Source: an uncultured archaeon (lineage in GTDB: Archaea; Asgardarchaeota; Lokiarchaeia; Sigyniarchaeales; SOKP01). Taken from it: a DNA stretch of 64,000 bases. Positions 20,185 to 30,323 of this stretch are shown here, piece after piece. The stretch covers positions 13,567-77,566 of the forward strand of contig CAYLZE010000012.1 in the NCBI GenBank assembly GCA_964388035.1, read 5' to 3'. Position 1 is the first letter of the stretch. Every line of letters begins with the position of its first letter. The notes under the pieces were generated by a model. The model made no database searches. It had not been told where the DNA came from and worked only from the letters and a program-made list of their open reading frames with translations. Position numbers and translations under genes: made by a program.

Positions 20185-21900
20185 TTATAATTTAAGAATT
20201 TTTTCTCTTAGATCTTTTGCAGGGATATGATTAAATTCAGCATCCATTGCTAAGTTAAACATTTCTAATTCCTTCTCGTGGTCTCCCATTTCATTAAATA
20301 ATTGCTCGAGAACTCTAATTATAGATGTGTTCGAAGGATTTAAAAGAAATGATTTCTTGTACGCGCTTAAAGCTTCAGACCACTTTCTAAATTTTTTATA
20401 TAAATACCCAAGGTTACTCCAATAGAGCGCATTATTTGGAACATATTTTAAAGCATTTATTAAAGCATTGATGGAATTCTGAAATTCACCCAAATCCTTA
20501 TAGATATCCGCGATATAGCTCCATGCTAGATCTTCTTTAGGGGATAATTCGGTCACCTTTTTTAAAATGGATAACGCTTTTTTCCAATTGCCTAAATATT
20601 TATATGCAATACCTAAATGGAGCTGAGCTTTAACATGATTGGGAAATTTTTTTAAGGTTTCTTGGCATTCTTTTATGGCTAACTCAAATTGCTTCTGGTC
20701 TAAATGAGAAGCTCCATCTCTATACCAATCAAACTCTTGTACGGCACGTTCAGGTATATTATTATCCTCCAAGTTAAGATATTTTAAATTTTTAAACTTG
20801 TTTATATTGATGGGGAATTCAGAAAGAAGATTTCCCTGCAAATTTAATATTTCTAAGGATTGGATGTTAAAAAGACAATTTGGGAGGTGCTTAATACGCG
20901 AATGAGGCAACTGAAGTTCCTTAAGACTGGAGAGCAAGCAAACTTCTTTTGGAATGATGCTAATTTCCGAAAATTCATTATCAATGTTAATTCCAATAAT
21001 ATTTCCCTCCCGATTGATCTGGTAGTTAGTATTTTCATCCCAATCAATTATCTTATCTTCATTTTCTCCCTTCAGAAGTATTTTACCACTCAAGATCTCC
21101 AATAAAGCTAAGACAATGCTTTGAGATATGACTACACCCATTTTTTCATATTTGTCCGCAAAATTCGCTTTCACAAAGCTTGGCAATCCTCTTGGCATTT
21201 GTTTGAAGCCAATACTTCTCAAATCCAATTCATTTAACATTCGCAATCGAAAAAAACTTTCTGGTAAATCCTCAATGCTTAAACCTCTTAAACTTAAATA
21301 TCTTAAATGATCAAGGTTACCAATAGTTGAGGGGATTATTGAAATCATGTCCCATCTGCTCAAATCCATGCCAATGACGTGATGGTTTTTAAAGGCAAAA
21401 TTATACTCCCGTTGAGATTTTAAATCTTCAATTGAAGAGCAAATGAATTTTTTAAAATAATCAACCTTAAAATCAAGGGAACTTATTAGGGAAAGAGTCA
21501 AATCTAAAAAAAATCCTAATTCCTCGGGAACTAAATCATAAATAGAAGCTAATTTTTCTATCAAGCAATTTCTCAAAAAGTCGAGATCTTTCGATGACGA
21601 CTCTTTTAATTGGAAGTAAATGGAGGTTAATACCAGTGCGGAATCTGTTTGTGCAATTGTTTGTTCTAAAAAAAGTTTAGAATCACTCAAAAAATATTTC
21701 ATTAGAAGTTCTAACACGCTTATCACCAGCATTTTGTCTCGATTTTCTCTTGCAACTTGAAATAATTTTTTAGAACATTTTTTCATGATTAAGGGATTAT
21801 TACATTGGCTAAAAAAGCAGTGGAGATTAACTAAATTAATCTTCCTCTTTATATTTTGAGTCCCAATTATGTTAAAAATGCTATTATTGTTTTGATTCAT
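20185..21900 (-). CDS. Leucine-rich-repeat + TPR protein
   Basis: LxxLxLxxN repeats in the middle; about 4 TPRs at the C-terminus (AQLHLGIAY, AWSYIADIY, YWSNLGYLY). Confidence 0.85.
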   Translation of the reverse strand: MNQNNNSIFNIIGTQNIKRKINLVNLHCFFSQCNNPLIMKKCSKKLFQVARENRDKMLVISVLELLMKYFLSDSKLFLEQTIAQTDSALVLTSIYFQLKESSSKDLDFLRNCLIEKLASIYDLVPEELGFFLDLTLSLISSLDFKVDYFKKFICSSIEDLKSQREYNFAFKNHHVIGMDLSRWDMISIIPSTIGNLDHLRYLSLRGLSIEDLPESFFRLRMLNELDLRSIGFKQMPRGLPSFVKANFADKYEKMGVVISQSIVLALLEILSGKILLKGENEDKIIDWDENTNYQINREGNIIGINIDNEFSEISIIPKEVCLLSSLKELQLPHSRIKHLPNCLFNIQSLEILNLQGNLLSEFPININKFKNLKYLNLEDNNIPERAVQEFDWYRDGASHLDQKQFELAIKECQETLKKFPNHVKAQLHLGIAYKYLGNWKKALSILKKVTELSPKEDLAWSYIADIYKDLGEFQNSINALINALKYVPNNALYWSNLGYLYKKFRKWSEALSAYKKSFLLNPSNTSIIRVLEQLFNEMGDHEKELEMFNLAMDAEFNHIPAKDLREKILKL

Positions 21901-21917
21901 TTTACAATAAAAATATA

Positions 21918-23096
21918 TTAAATAATAACCCTAAGCGACGTTGATTGATTTGAGTGAATCTCATTTTTTTGAATATCATTATTTCTAAGGTTTAATATCT
22001 TTAAATTTTTAAGATTATAAAGGAATTCTGGTGAGGATTTAATCTTATTATCGCTTAAATTTAATCGTTCAAGTGAGTGAAGTTGAGAGAAATTTTCAGG
22101 CACCTTTCTAATGGAGTTATTATTCAATCTCAGATCCTTTAATTCTTTTAAATATCCTATAGATTTGATACCTTCCGAAATATTATTGCAGCTTAAATCT
22201 AAATACTGTAATTTCTTTAATCTTGAGCATGAATAAGGAACACGAAAAATATCATTATTATTCATTGAGAGCATGCTCATGTTTTGAAGGTTTTCTATCC
22301 AATTGGGGATATTTGTTATCTTATTGTGATTTATCAACAGTTCTAAATCTTCATTTAATCTTAAATCCCTAAGAGAAATCGGAAACTCCTTGAAATTATT
22401 CCAACACAAGTTGAGATGACATAACTTAATTAATTTATTGATGCCAAGGGGAAGTTCCTTAAAATAATTATAACTTAAGTCCAAGTATTCCACGTACTTT
22501 AAATTTTTAATAGATTCTGGTAATGATGGAGCGAAAGACAAATTTAATGCCCTGATATGGTTGTTTTTCACCTCATATGAAATATTATTTAACGTGTTAA
22601 TCTCAATGTATGAATTGGGATACTTTTTCTTGTAGAATTCAATATTAATTCCCAAATCCAACAAAAACCTCATTTCTTTTGGAACAATTCGGAAATTGGA
22701 AGCAATAGAAGCAAATCTTTGGTTCAAAGTTTTCTTTAATCTTTTGAGTAAGAAAGTGGAGGCGCCATGAGTAAAATCTTCATGAATGGATAATATATAC
22801 GAAGAATTATCGTTTTTAATGGACCATTTAAGAGGATCTAAATGAGAAATCAAATATTTTTGATAAAAGAAAGCAATGGCTTTAGCCCGAACTTGTTCAC
22901 TTTCATCAGAGATTATGAGATCTTCTACAATTTTCAATAATTTTTCGTTATTAGAATTGATATTGCTTAAATATTCAATACATTTTATGCGCTCTTGTAT
23001 ATTATTGCTTTCTTCTAAAAGTGTACAAAACATGCTAACTGCTTCTTCGATTTTGATAGTTTTATTAACGAAATTATTGTATATATTTTCAGCCAT
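21918..23096 (-). CDS. Leucine-rich-repeat protein with N-terminal HEAT-like repeats
   Basis: About 8 LRRs (LDLSYN, LNLCWN, LDLSCN, LRLNNN, LNLSDN, LNLRNN); N-terminal DESEQVRAKA. Confidence 0.88.
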   Translation of the reverse strand: MAENIYNNFVNKTIKIEEAVSMFCTLLEESNNIQERIKCIEYLSNINSNNEKLLKIVEDLIISDESEQVRAKAIAFFYQKYLISHLDPLKWSIKNDNSSYILSIHEDFTHGASTFLLKRLKKTLNQRFASIASNFRIVPKEMRFLLDLGINIEFYKKKYPNSYIEINTLNNISYEVKNNHIRALNLSFAPSLPESIKNLKYVEYLDLSYNYFKELPLGINKLIKLCHLNLCWNNFKEFPISLRDLRLNEDLELLINHNKITNIPNWIENLQNMSMLSMNNNDIFRVPYSCSRLKKLQYLDLSCNNISEGIKSIGYLKELKDLRLNNNSIRKVPENFSQLHSLERLNLSDNKIKSSPEFLYNLKNLKILNLRNNDIQKNEIHSNQSTSLRVII

Positions 23097-23118
23097 TCAA
23101 GTTTCCTATATCTTTAAT

Positions 23119-23931
23119 TTAATTTTCGAAGAATCGAACGATTTCTTCTCTTTTCTTTTCTAACTCTTCATCATTGAGGCATTGATGGTCCATATCATTA
23201 ATCGTTTTTATTTGTAAGTAATCTTTTAGAGGACTTAATATTTCAATCACTTCACTCATGGGAGTGAGTTTATCACTCTCTCCTATTATTACTTCCATTA
23301 AATTTATATTTACTTCTTCTATAAAGTTGCGAATTTTAAAGTTCTTTTCAGATAACTCTTCTTTCGTCAGGGATATGAATGCATTGATATTTTCAATTCC
23401 CCTAACATGCCCTGGTAGGAAGTGTGATACATAATTCACTGACGTGAAAAATTCCTTGTTATATACATGTTTCTCCAAATCTAAGATTGGGCTCAATAAT
23501 AATAATCGGTTAACCTTTTTATATTGGGAACAAGCACATAAAGCGATAAATCCTCCTAAATCATGAGCTAAGATGTTAATGTTATTTGGATGGAAAATAG
23601 ATTTTTCTGATAATTTCTCCGCTAAGGTTAAAATATTAATTGCGTCCTCCACTTGTGAGTGAAGTGAAACACATCCATCACTTAATTCATAGCCCCTGAA
23701 ATTAAAAATCATGAATGCATATCCCATTTCTAATAAAAATGAGTTTTCTTTTACAATCTCTTGTAAAGGAAATAACTGAGGAAATCCGTGAAAATAAATG
23801 ATCAGGGGATAGGGCTTACTATAATTTTTTGGAGGATAGTATAAAAGCCCTCTGAGCATCTCCTGATTTATATTGATATCAAGAGCAATTACTTCATACG
23901 GACCGTCAAATTGATGTTCTCTGAACTCCAT
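23119..23931 (-). CDS. Alpha/beta hydrolase with Asp at the nucleophile elbow
   Basis: FHGFP, NFRG, AHDLGG, GESD, MDH. Confidence 0.8.
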   Translation of the reverse strand: MEFREHQFDGPYEVIALDININQEMLRGLLYYPPKNYSKPYPLIIYFHGFPQLFPLQEIVKENSFLLEMGYAFMIFNFRGYELSDGCVSLHSQVEDAINILTLAEKLSEKSIFHPNNINILAHDLGGFIALCACSQYKKVNRLLLLSPILDLEKHVYNKEFFTSVNYVSHFLPGHVRGIENINAFISLTKEELSEKNFKIRNFIEEVNINLMEVIIGESDKLTPMSEVIEILSPLKDYLQIKTINDMDHQCLNDEELEKKREEIVRFFEN

Positions 23932-24067
23932 TTATTCCTAATCTTTTATTATTAATTCTTAATCAAAAAGTTTTTTGCTTTATTTTAATGGTATAGCATT
24001 GATTTAATGTATTAAAAATAGATTTACTTCTAATATCTTATCAAAATAACACTATTTTTTAAAAACC

Positions 24068-24916
24068 TTGAAAGAAAATCTGGCTGATTGGCACACACAT
24101 AACTCTTTATGTAGGCATGCTTCGGGGAATCTTGAAGATTATGTTCAAGCTGCCATTAAAAAAGGATTGAAAACTATAGGTTTTAGCGATCACTTTCCGT
24201 ATGAATTTTACGATTTGGGAGATATTCCTCATGAAGAATACGGAATGAAACTATCAGAACTTGATAATTACATTTCTACAGCAAAGAAATTACTAAAGCA
24301 ATATTACCATGAAATTAACATCAAAATCGGGTTTGAACTTGATTACATGGAAGCGAATGAATCTCTTTTGAATAAATATATCCTTCCTTATAAAAAAGAG
24401 GTTGATTACTTGCTAGGGTCTATCCATATATTGGAACCCCCCCAAGGAAAATGGTGTTTAGACGATACACGATATTTAAAACAGTATGAGATCATTGGAG
24501 TAGACGAGGTATATATTCAATATTTTAACAAAATGAAAAATATGCTTAATTCCAAGGGGTTTGATTTTGACATCATATCTCATTTCGATCTTCCCAAAAA
24601 ATTTAATAAACGTCCCGTTAATAAAGAAAAAATCAAAGAAAAAGCAACAGAGCTCTTAGAGTTAATTAAAGAAAAAGATAAAGTCGTTGAAATCAATTCG
24701 GGTGGAATGCGAAAAGATGTGAAGGAGCAGTATCCTTCTCAAGAAATTATAAAAATCATGCATGAATTAGATATTCCCATCTTATTTGGTTCAGATTCGC
24801 ATGATCCAAACGAGTTAGGTTACAAGTTTGATGAATTATCTAATTTGGTGAAGAAAATAGGATATAATCATTTGACATATTTTGATAAAAGGAAAAGAAG
24901 TTTCAAGGAAATATGA
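24068..24916 (+). CDS. PHP-family histidinol-phosphatase (HisJ/HisK-like)
   Basis: DWHTH, CRHA, FSDH, GFE, GSIH, SHFDLPK, EINS, GSDSH. Confidence 0.88.
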   Translation: MKENLADWHTHNSLCRHASGNLEDYVQAAIKKGLKTIGFSDHFPYEFYDLGDIPHEEYGMKLSELDNYISTAKKLLKQYYHEINIKIGFELDYMEANESLLNKYILPYKKEVDYLLGSIHILEPPQGKWCLDDTRYLKQYEIIGVDEVYIQYFNKMKNMLNSKGFDFDIISHFDLPKKFNKRPVNKEKIKEKATELLELIKEKDKVVEINSGGMRKDVKEQYPSQEIIKIMHELDIPILFGSDSHDPNELGYKFDELSNLVKKIGYNHLTYFDKRKRSFKEI

Positions 24917-24937
24917 TTTTAAAGGAAGCGGACCCAG

Positions 24938-25651
24938 TTGGAAAAGAAATTTGATAAATGTGAAATTTGCGGTTCACCTTTAATTTATTCAACTTCCGAA
25001 GAGGGATATAAAAGCTTACCGTGCGAATTTTGTGGTAATATATTTAATACCAATATCTATTGTGATAAAGGGCATTATATTTGTAATGAATGTCACATGA
25101 AGGGACCCCTGGAAATTATTGAAAAGACCTGTGAGCAAACTGATTTAAAAGATCCTTTTATCTTAGCAGATAAAATAATGAAACATCCTAAATTCAAGGT
25201 ATACGGTCCCGAACATCATGCTCTTGTGCCTGCCGTTATTTTAACTGCCTTAAAAAATAATAATATAAAAAAGCCGAACAGCGATAATATTACTATCAAA
25301 GATATTAAAGAAGGGATTAAGCGAGGCTCAAAGATTCCTGGTGGATATTGCGGCTTTTACGGCGCCTGTGGCGCAGGTATAGGTGCGGGAATTGCGACTA
25401 GTATCTTCACGGGGGGTACTCCCAGTGAAAATATACCCCGTTCTTTAGCGAATGAAGCAACATCCAGAACTTTAGAAAAGATTGCAGATAATTTGGAGCA
25501 TTGTTGCAAGAGATCCGTGAGATTATCTATTTGTGAGACTCTAAAATTTTTCAAGGAAAAATTCAATATAAATTTAGATTATAGTCCTTTTCGATGCCCA
25601 TTTTCGGAAATAAACCCAAAATGTGAAGGAGAAAATTGCCCAATTTATTGA
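24938..25651 (+). CDS. Cys-rich protein, DUF5714-like
   Basis: N-terminal CxxC pairs, GHYICNECH, GPEHH, GGYCGFYGACGAG, CCKR. Confidence 0.7.
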   Translation: MEKKFDKCEICGSPLIYSTSEEGYKSLPCEFCGNIFNTNIYCDKGHYICNECHMKGPLEIIEKTCEQTDLKDPFILADKIMKHPKFKVYGPEHHALVPAVILTALKNNNIKKPNSDNITIKDIKEGIKRGSKIPGGYCGFYGACGAGIGAGIATSIFTGGTPSENIPRSLANEATSRTLEKIADNLEHCCKRSVRLSICETLKFFKEKFNINLDYSPFRCPFSEINPKCEGENCPIY

Positions 25652-25725
25652 AAAGTAGAAATACATAGCTCTCCCTGTTTTATAAATAGGTTTGATTATG
25701 GATAATAGGATAAAATTACTAATCT

Positions 25726-26550
25726 TTAATAAATAATTTTTTTGCTTCTTAACCAGGCGTCGATTCCAATAGAATTAAGGATCTTCACGTGTTTTGCATC
25801 TTGGGTGTGAAATATAAGTACATTCGTATCCTTTTCTCCAATAATTCCAAACAGTAATTCTTCACTGTCCCTCAATACAACATAACGATCTTTATCCTCA
25901 AAATGTCTTATGGTGATATTATCTAAACTTTCAAATTCCTCTAACAATTCCATGTCTTCTGGGTCATTTTGATTAATATAGCAGGAAATGTTCATGCTCA
26001 CGGAAGATTTGATTTCATATAGAAAAAGTTCCTGCAGATCTTGAATGCTGGGGGTTGCAATAATAACTTTATGAACAGATTCATCTATGATTTTTTTCAT
26101 ATCAAACAGTATTTCGGATTGGGCGATGCTATATTGTGTGAAATCCATGATTTTTGAATCCATGGGTTTGGTTTCTTGCGCCTTGAGGGATTGGTTTTCT
26201 AATTCCAATTTCTCGATTTCTTCATCAGATTTAAGTAGTTCGTCATTCAGTATGTCAATTTTAGCATTTAATTCTTCAATAGTTTTCTGTTTTTGTATGA
26301 GCACGCTCTCATCAATCAAGGAAGAAGTACATTCTTCCATTTCCTTGGTCTTTGTTTCCAGAGATTTTTCTAAGGTCTCTACTTTCTCATCTTTCGTGAT
26401 TAAGGAAAGTTGTAAAGTTCCAATTTGTTCATCTTTTAAGGCTAGAGACTCCATCAAGGTCTTAATTTGATCCTCCTTTAACTTTATGGACTCTTGCAGA
26501 GCCTTTATAAGATTTTCTTTAGTTTCAATCTGATTCTTTAAATCTTCCAT
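25726..26550 (-). CDS. Coiled-coil protein with C-terminal TrmB-effector/PLD-like alpha/beta domain
   Basis: Heptad repeats (LKEDQIKTL/LKDEQIGTL/TKDEKVETL), then VIIATP...RYVVLRDSEELLFG. Confidence 0.55.
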   Translation of the reverse strand: MEDLKNQIETKENLIKALQESIKLKEDQIKTLMESLALKDEQIGTLQLSLITKDEKVETLEKSLETKTKEMEECTSSLIDESVLIQKQKTIEELNAKIDILNDELLKSDEEIEKLELENQSLKAQETKPMDSKIMDFTQYSIAQSEILFDMKKIIDESVHKVIIATPSIQDLQELFLYEIKSSVSMNISCYINQNDPEDMELLEEFESLDNITIRHFEDKDRYVVLRDSEELLFGIIGEKDTNVLIFHTQDAKHVKILNSIGIDAWLRSKKIIY

Positions 26551-26688
26551 GTTTTTTAATTCAAGAGTATCTTCTTAATGTTTCTTTTTTAAAGTTTCTA
26601 TCAATGTTAGAGATCTTATAGTGATTATAGTGCTCATGCTTAAAAAGTTTAAACTTTCTTTCATCTCTTTTATTCTTCCTTTAACAAG

Positions 26689-27792
26689 TCATAAATCAAT
26701 ACTGAGCAAATTGTTACTTTCATTCATGAATATATACTTATTTATAAATTGAGAATGAGGCGGTATATTTGTGTCCTCATCTACTATGCATCCTGTTAAC
26801 TTGCTGGATGAACCTAAAAAACATTTTTCATATAAAATCGATTCTATTATCTTACATTCACCTTTTACATGAGCTCCTTTCTTGATTATGACATTTGGCC
26901 CTAAAACCACGCCATCATCAATTTTCACATCATTTTCTATAAAAATTGGCTCAAAAATCCTGGGAAATCCTTTCAAGTTAGTATTGATAAATATTCCTGA
27001 GAGAAATCGGAAATTCATTTTTTTAATATCGTTCAAATAAGTCAGGTGATATTTTCCAATATTCTCTCTTGTTATGAGCTCGTCTATAATATTTACGCCT
27101 AAGATCGTAGCTTGTTCTTTAATAATCATTTTTATTGCATCTTGAAGTTCTTTTTCTCCCCGAATTGAGGGCTTAATCTTTTGTAAAAAATCATAAATCT
27201 TCGGTTTAAAAATATAAAGCGGTAAAGAATAAAAATTGCTTAATATCTGACTCGGTTGGGGTTTCTCAATTACATCTGAAATGGAGAAGAGTTTCGCTTT
27301 AAAATTGGGATAAATATTATTTTCTGTTTTAACGATATTAACATTGCCATGACCCCTAGCGATTTCTTCATCCTCAGATTCCATTAAGCTTAATATTGCC
27401 ATGGAATCCACATTTTTGAAACAATCTAACATCAATTTTAATTTATCGGGAGAAAATAAGATATCAGCTGCCGAGAGAAAAAAATCGGGGATGTTTCCCT
27501 CTTTTTTAAGCAAAAAATCAAGACTTAAGAATAAAGCATCTGCCATTCCCTCTTGATCCATTTGTTGAACAAAATCAATATTAACTCCTTTTACTTTGCT
27601 CAGGTTCTCTTTAACGAATTCAGATTTATAACCCGTTACCACTACAAAATCTTTTAAACCCGCATCTTTAAAGGATTCAATTATTCTCGAAATGATCGAT
27701 TTTCCATTGATATCAATCAAGGGTTTGGGTATTCTTTTAGAAAGTGGATTCAGTCGTGTTGCCAACCCTGCGGCTAAAATAATAACATGCAT
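26689..27792 (-). CDS. Sugar-phosphate nucleotidyltransferase with C-terminal left-handed beta-helix
   Basis: ILAAGLATRLNPLS-x2-PKPL, IEKP, SIRGEKELQDA, hexapeptide repeats. Confidence 0.9.
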   Translation of the reverse strand: MHVIILAAGLATRLNPLSKRIPKPLIDINGKSIISRIIESFKDAGLKDFVVVTGYKSEFVKENLSKVKGVNIDFVQQMDQEGMADALFLSLDFLLKKEGNIPDFFLSAADILFSPDKLKLMLDCFKNVDSMAILSLMESEDEEIARGHGNVNIVKTENNIYPNFKAKLFSISDVIEKPQPSQILSNFYSLPLYIFKPKIYDFLQKIKPSIRGEKELQDAIKMIIKEQATILGVNIIDELITRENIGKYHLTYLNDIKKMNFRFLSGIFINTNLKGFPRIFEPIFIENDVKIDDGVVLGPNVIIKKGAHVKGECKIIESILYEKCFLGSSSKLTGCIVDEDTNIPPHSQFINKYIFMNESNNLLSIDL

Positions 27793-27896
27793 GGCTATAT
27801 ATAGTTTTTAATAGTTATATTATTTTGGTACCTATTTAGCATGGAACCTTTAGATTTAAATATATATAAATATTCAGATTTGTATTAATTTTTTAT

Positions 27897-28646
27897 ATGG
27901 TGGAAATAAATAAAGAAAATTTCGATAGAATAAGTGCGGAAATTGATGAACTCATTAATAAGGAGTTATCCGAAAATCCCGCTCTTCTGGCTGTCAACAT
28001 AGGAACACCGGGGGGAACACCAATTATTTCCGAGTTTAGAAAACAAGCAGATAAATCAACAAAATTAAATGAAAATGAAATTTCTGCTGCCACAAGTAGT
28101 CTCCTTTTCTTATCGTCTAAGCTCTTAAAAGATTCAATAGAACAAGAAATCTCATATAATGTAATAACTGGAAAAGAGAAAATTATCCTTAGCTTTTTAA
28201 CAGAAAATATCACCATGGTGGCGTATCTAAAAAGGGAATTAGTAGATTTAGAGGGTTTAGATACTTATATTAAGAGATTAGGAAAATTCTCTCTGCAAAT
28301 TTCTGCAATAGTCGAAACCAGTGAAGTTATCAAGGAGGAAATATTTAAAGCCCTGAAGAGAGCAATTCCGGATGTCATCTTAATCGCGATCATTACAAAA
28401 GAAGGTCTTCCCATTAAAATCCAAAGCTTAATGCCAGAGCCCATGATTTCCGCAATGGTGTCTGCGTTATATAATTTATCGACAATCTTATTAGAGACCA
28501 AAAATCTCGAGTATTCAATCATCTCGGGAGAAAAAGGATCAATTATTGTTCATAGCATCGATGATAGAAGAATACTCTGTATTGCCGTACCAGAAAAAGA
28601 AAAATTGGGAAGCTATATTGCTAAAATAAAAAATATCATTAAATAA
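27897..28646 (+). CDS. Tandem roadblock/LC7 (MglB/LAMTOR-like) domain protein
   Basis: Two repeats: AVNIGTPGGTPI...EISAATSSLL and IAIITKEGLPI...MISAMVSALY...IISGEKGSIIV. Confidence 0.8.
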   Translation: MVEINKENFDRISAEIDELINKELSENPALLAVNIGTPGGTPIISEFRKQADKSTKLNENEISAATSSLLFLSSKLLKDSIEQEISYNVITGKEKIILSFLTENITMVAYLKRELVDLEGLDTYIKRLGKFSLQISAIVETSEVIKEEIFKALKRAIPDVILIAIITKEGLPIKIQSLMPEPMISAMVSALYNLSTILLETKNLEYSIISGEKGSIIVHSIDDRRILCIAVPEKEKLGSYIAKIKNIIK

Positions 28647-28651
28647 ATGAT

Positions 28652-30121
28652 TTACTTTTCTAATACCATCTGAATTATCGATTTTGCAGGAATAATATAT
28701 TCCCCCTTCTGATATAATTTCTCATTAAACGATGATAACATTACTTCAAAAGGTTTTTGAAAGGTATTATAAGTTCTTAAATCTCCTGCGCTAATAATTG
28801 AACTCGTTATTTTTTTTGGATCAAAACCTTCCATGATAATTTTACATGGAATTTCATTATCTGGGTCTCTATTAATAATATTAAGGATAAGATTATTTTC
28901 CTCAGTTTCAATGCAGGTTGCATCAATACATTTCGCATTAGAATCCATTAAATTAGGTGATTCTATTACGGTATCATGAGCAATGCCACCTCCGCATTTT
29001 CTAAGCATTTTAAAAACATAATAACTAGTCCTTAATAGGATTCCATCATCATTTGCATGAATTAATCCACGTGTATTAACGCTGGGTGAATAATTTGCCA
29101 TGATGATAAAATTAGAATGCCTCATCAAGATATTCAAGAAACCTGCAGTATAAAGTGCGTGGGCAAGATCATATTGTTCTGGATCATCATTTTCATCGAT
29201 TTTCTCCTCTTCCCATGCAAACTCATTCCATTCATCAACTGATATTTTAATGAATTCCTTTCGCCCCACGCGACTACACGCTTCTTTTATGGAAGTAATA
29301 GTTTGTACTATTTGCTTTTCTACTTTACGAAGGTCCAATGTGGATTTTAGATGTGAATTTCGAGTAGTGGCTCTAATTTGGCAATAATGATGATAGGACA
29401 ATATATTAATTTCCTTAACTATCTCATCTATTGAAAATAATTGTTCATTCCATTTTCTAGCTAAGATCGGATCAGATCCCACTACAACAAAATTCAAGTC
29501 GGGATCTTCTTTCAACATGGCCCGCTTATATTCAAGCATGTCCTTTCCGTAATCTAACCCATTCTTATAATACCCAATTTGCCACGGACCCCAGCATTCA
29601 TTTCCTAAACCCCACCATTTAACTTTAAAGGGCTTTTCATAACCTGCTTCTGCTCTCAAGTTTGCCTCATCTCCTTCAATTGCATTGCAATAACGCACCC
29701 AACTTGCTGCTTCTTGAGGAGTGGGGTTTCTTTCATCTTTACCAACACCCACGCATATTAATGGTTCTGCTCCTATTCGCTTGCAATGTTCTATAAATTC
29801 ACCAGTACCAAACTTGTGAGATTCAACTTCCTTCCAATGTGGATTTTGGCGTTGCTTTCTCTCCTTTTTAGGTCCTACCCCCCACAACCAATGATATCCG
29901 CTCGTATAATTTCCCCCTGGCCAGCGAAGGAGGGGAGGTGCCAGCTCTTTTAATGCTGCTTGAACGTCTAATCTAAATCCTTCTTTATCAGAAAATTTAG
30001 ATTTTTCCTGATATATTCCACCATAAATTTGCTTGGGGAAATGTTCAATAAATAATCCGAAAATTCTTGGATCTACTGTAGCAATTGGTTTCTTTAAATT
30101 AACACTAATCAAAGCTGTCAA
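28652..30121 (-). CDS. Alpha-L-arabinofuranosidase, GH51
   Basis: FGLFIEH, LRWPGGN, FGTGEF, LGNE (acid/base), VDEWN (nucleophile), IMANY. Confidence 0.92.
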   Translation of the reverse strand: MTALISVNLKKPIATVDPRIFGLFIEHFPKQIYGGIYQEKSKFSDKEGFRLDVQAALKELAPPLLRWPGGNYTSGYHWLWGVGPKKERKQRQNPHWKEVESHKFGTGEFIEHCKRIGAEPLICVGVGKDERNPTPQEAASWVRYCNAIEGDEANLRAEAGYEKPFKVKWWGLGNECWGPWQIGYYKNGLDYGKDMLEYKRAMLKEDPDLNFVVVGSDPILARKWNEQLFSIDEIVKEINILSYHHYCQIRATTRNSHLKSTLDLRKVEKQIVQTITSIKEACSRVGRKEFIKISVDEWNEFAWEEEKIDENDDPEQYDLAHALYTAGFLNILMRHSNFIIMANYSPSVNTRGLIHANDDGILLRTSYYVFKMLRKCGGGIAHDTVIESPNLMDSNAKCIDATCIETEENNLILNIINRDPDNEIPCKIIMEGFDPKKITSSIISAGDLRTYNTFQKPFEVMLSSFNEKLYQKGEYIIPAKSIIQMVLEK

Positions 30122-30323
30122 TGTGCATTTTCCTTGATAATGTATTTTTTCTTGGATGACTTAATTAATGATACCAATAATTAAATATTATGCAAAAGTA
30201 CACGTTTGGGGAGAACAAGTCAATGCGTGATGATCCTATTTAAACTTGGATTAACATGTTTTTTAATTTAATCCCTTAAAGAAGTATTTTTATAAATCGT
30301 AATAGCTGTATAATTCTTCATCA

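Noticed and set aside
19587-27792. rmlC plus nucleotidyltransferase as a rhamnose biosynthesis cluster
   Set aside because: They are more than 6 kb apart with unrelated genes between; no rmlB/rmlD
30227-30300. C/D-box sRNA starting at gtgatga
   Set aside because: No matching D box (ctga) at a suitable distance
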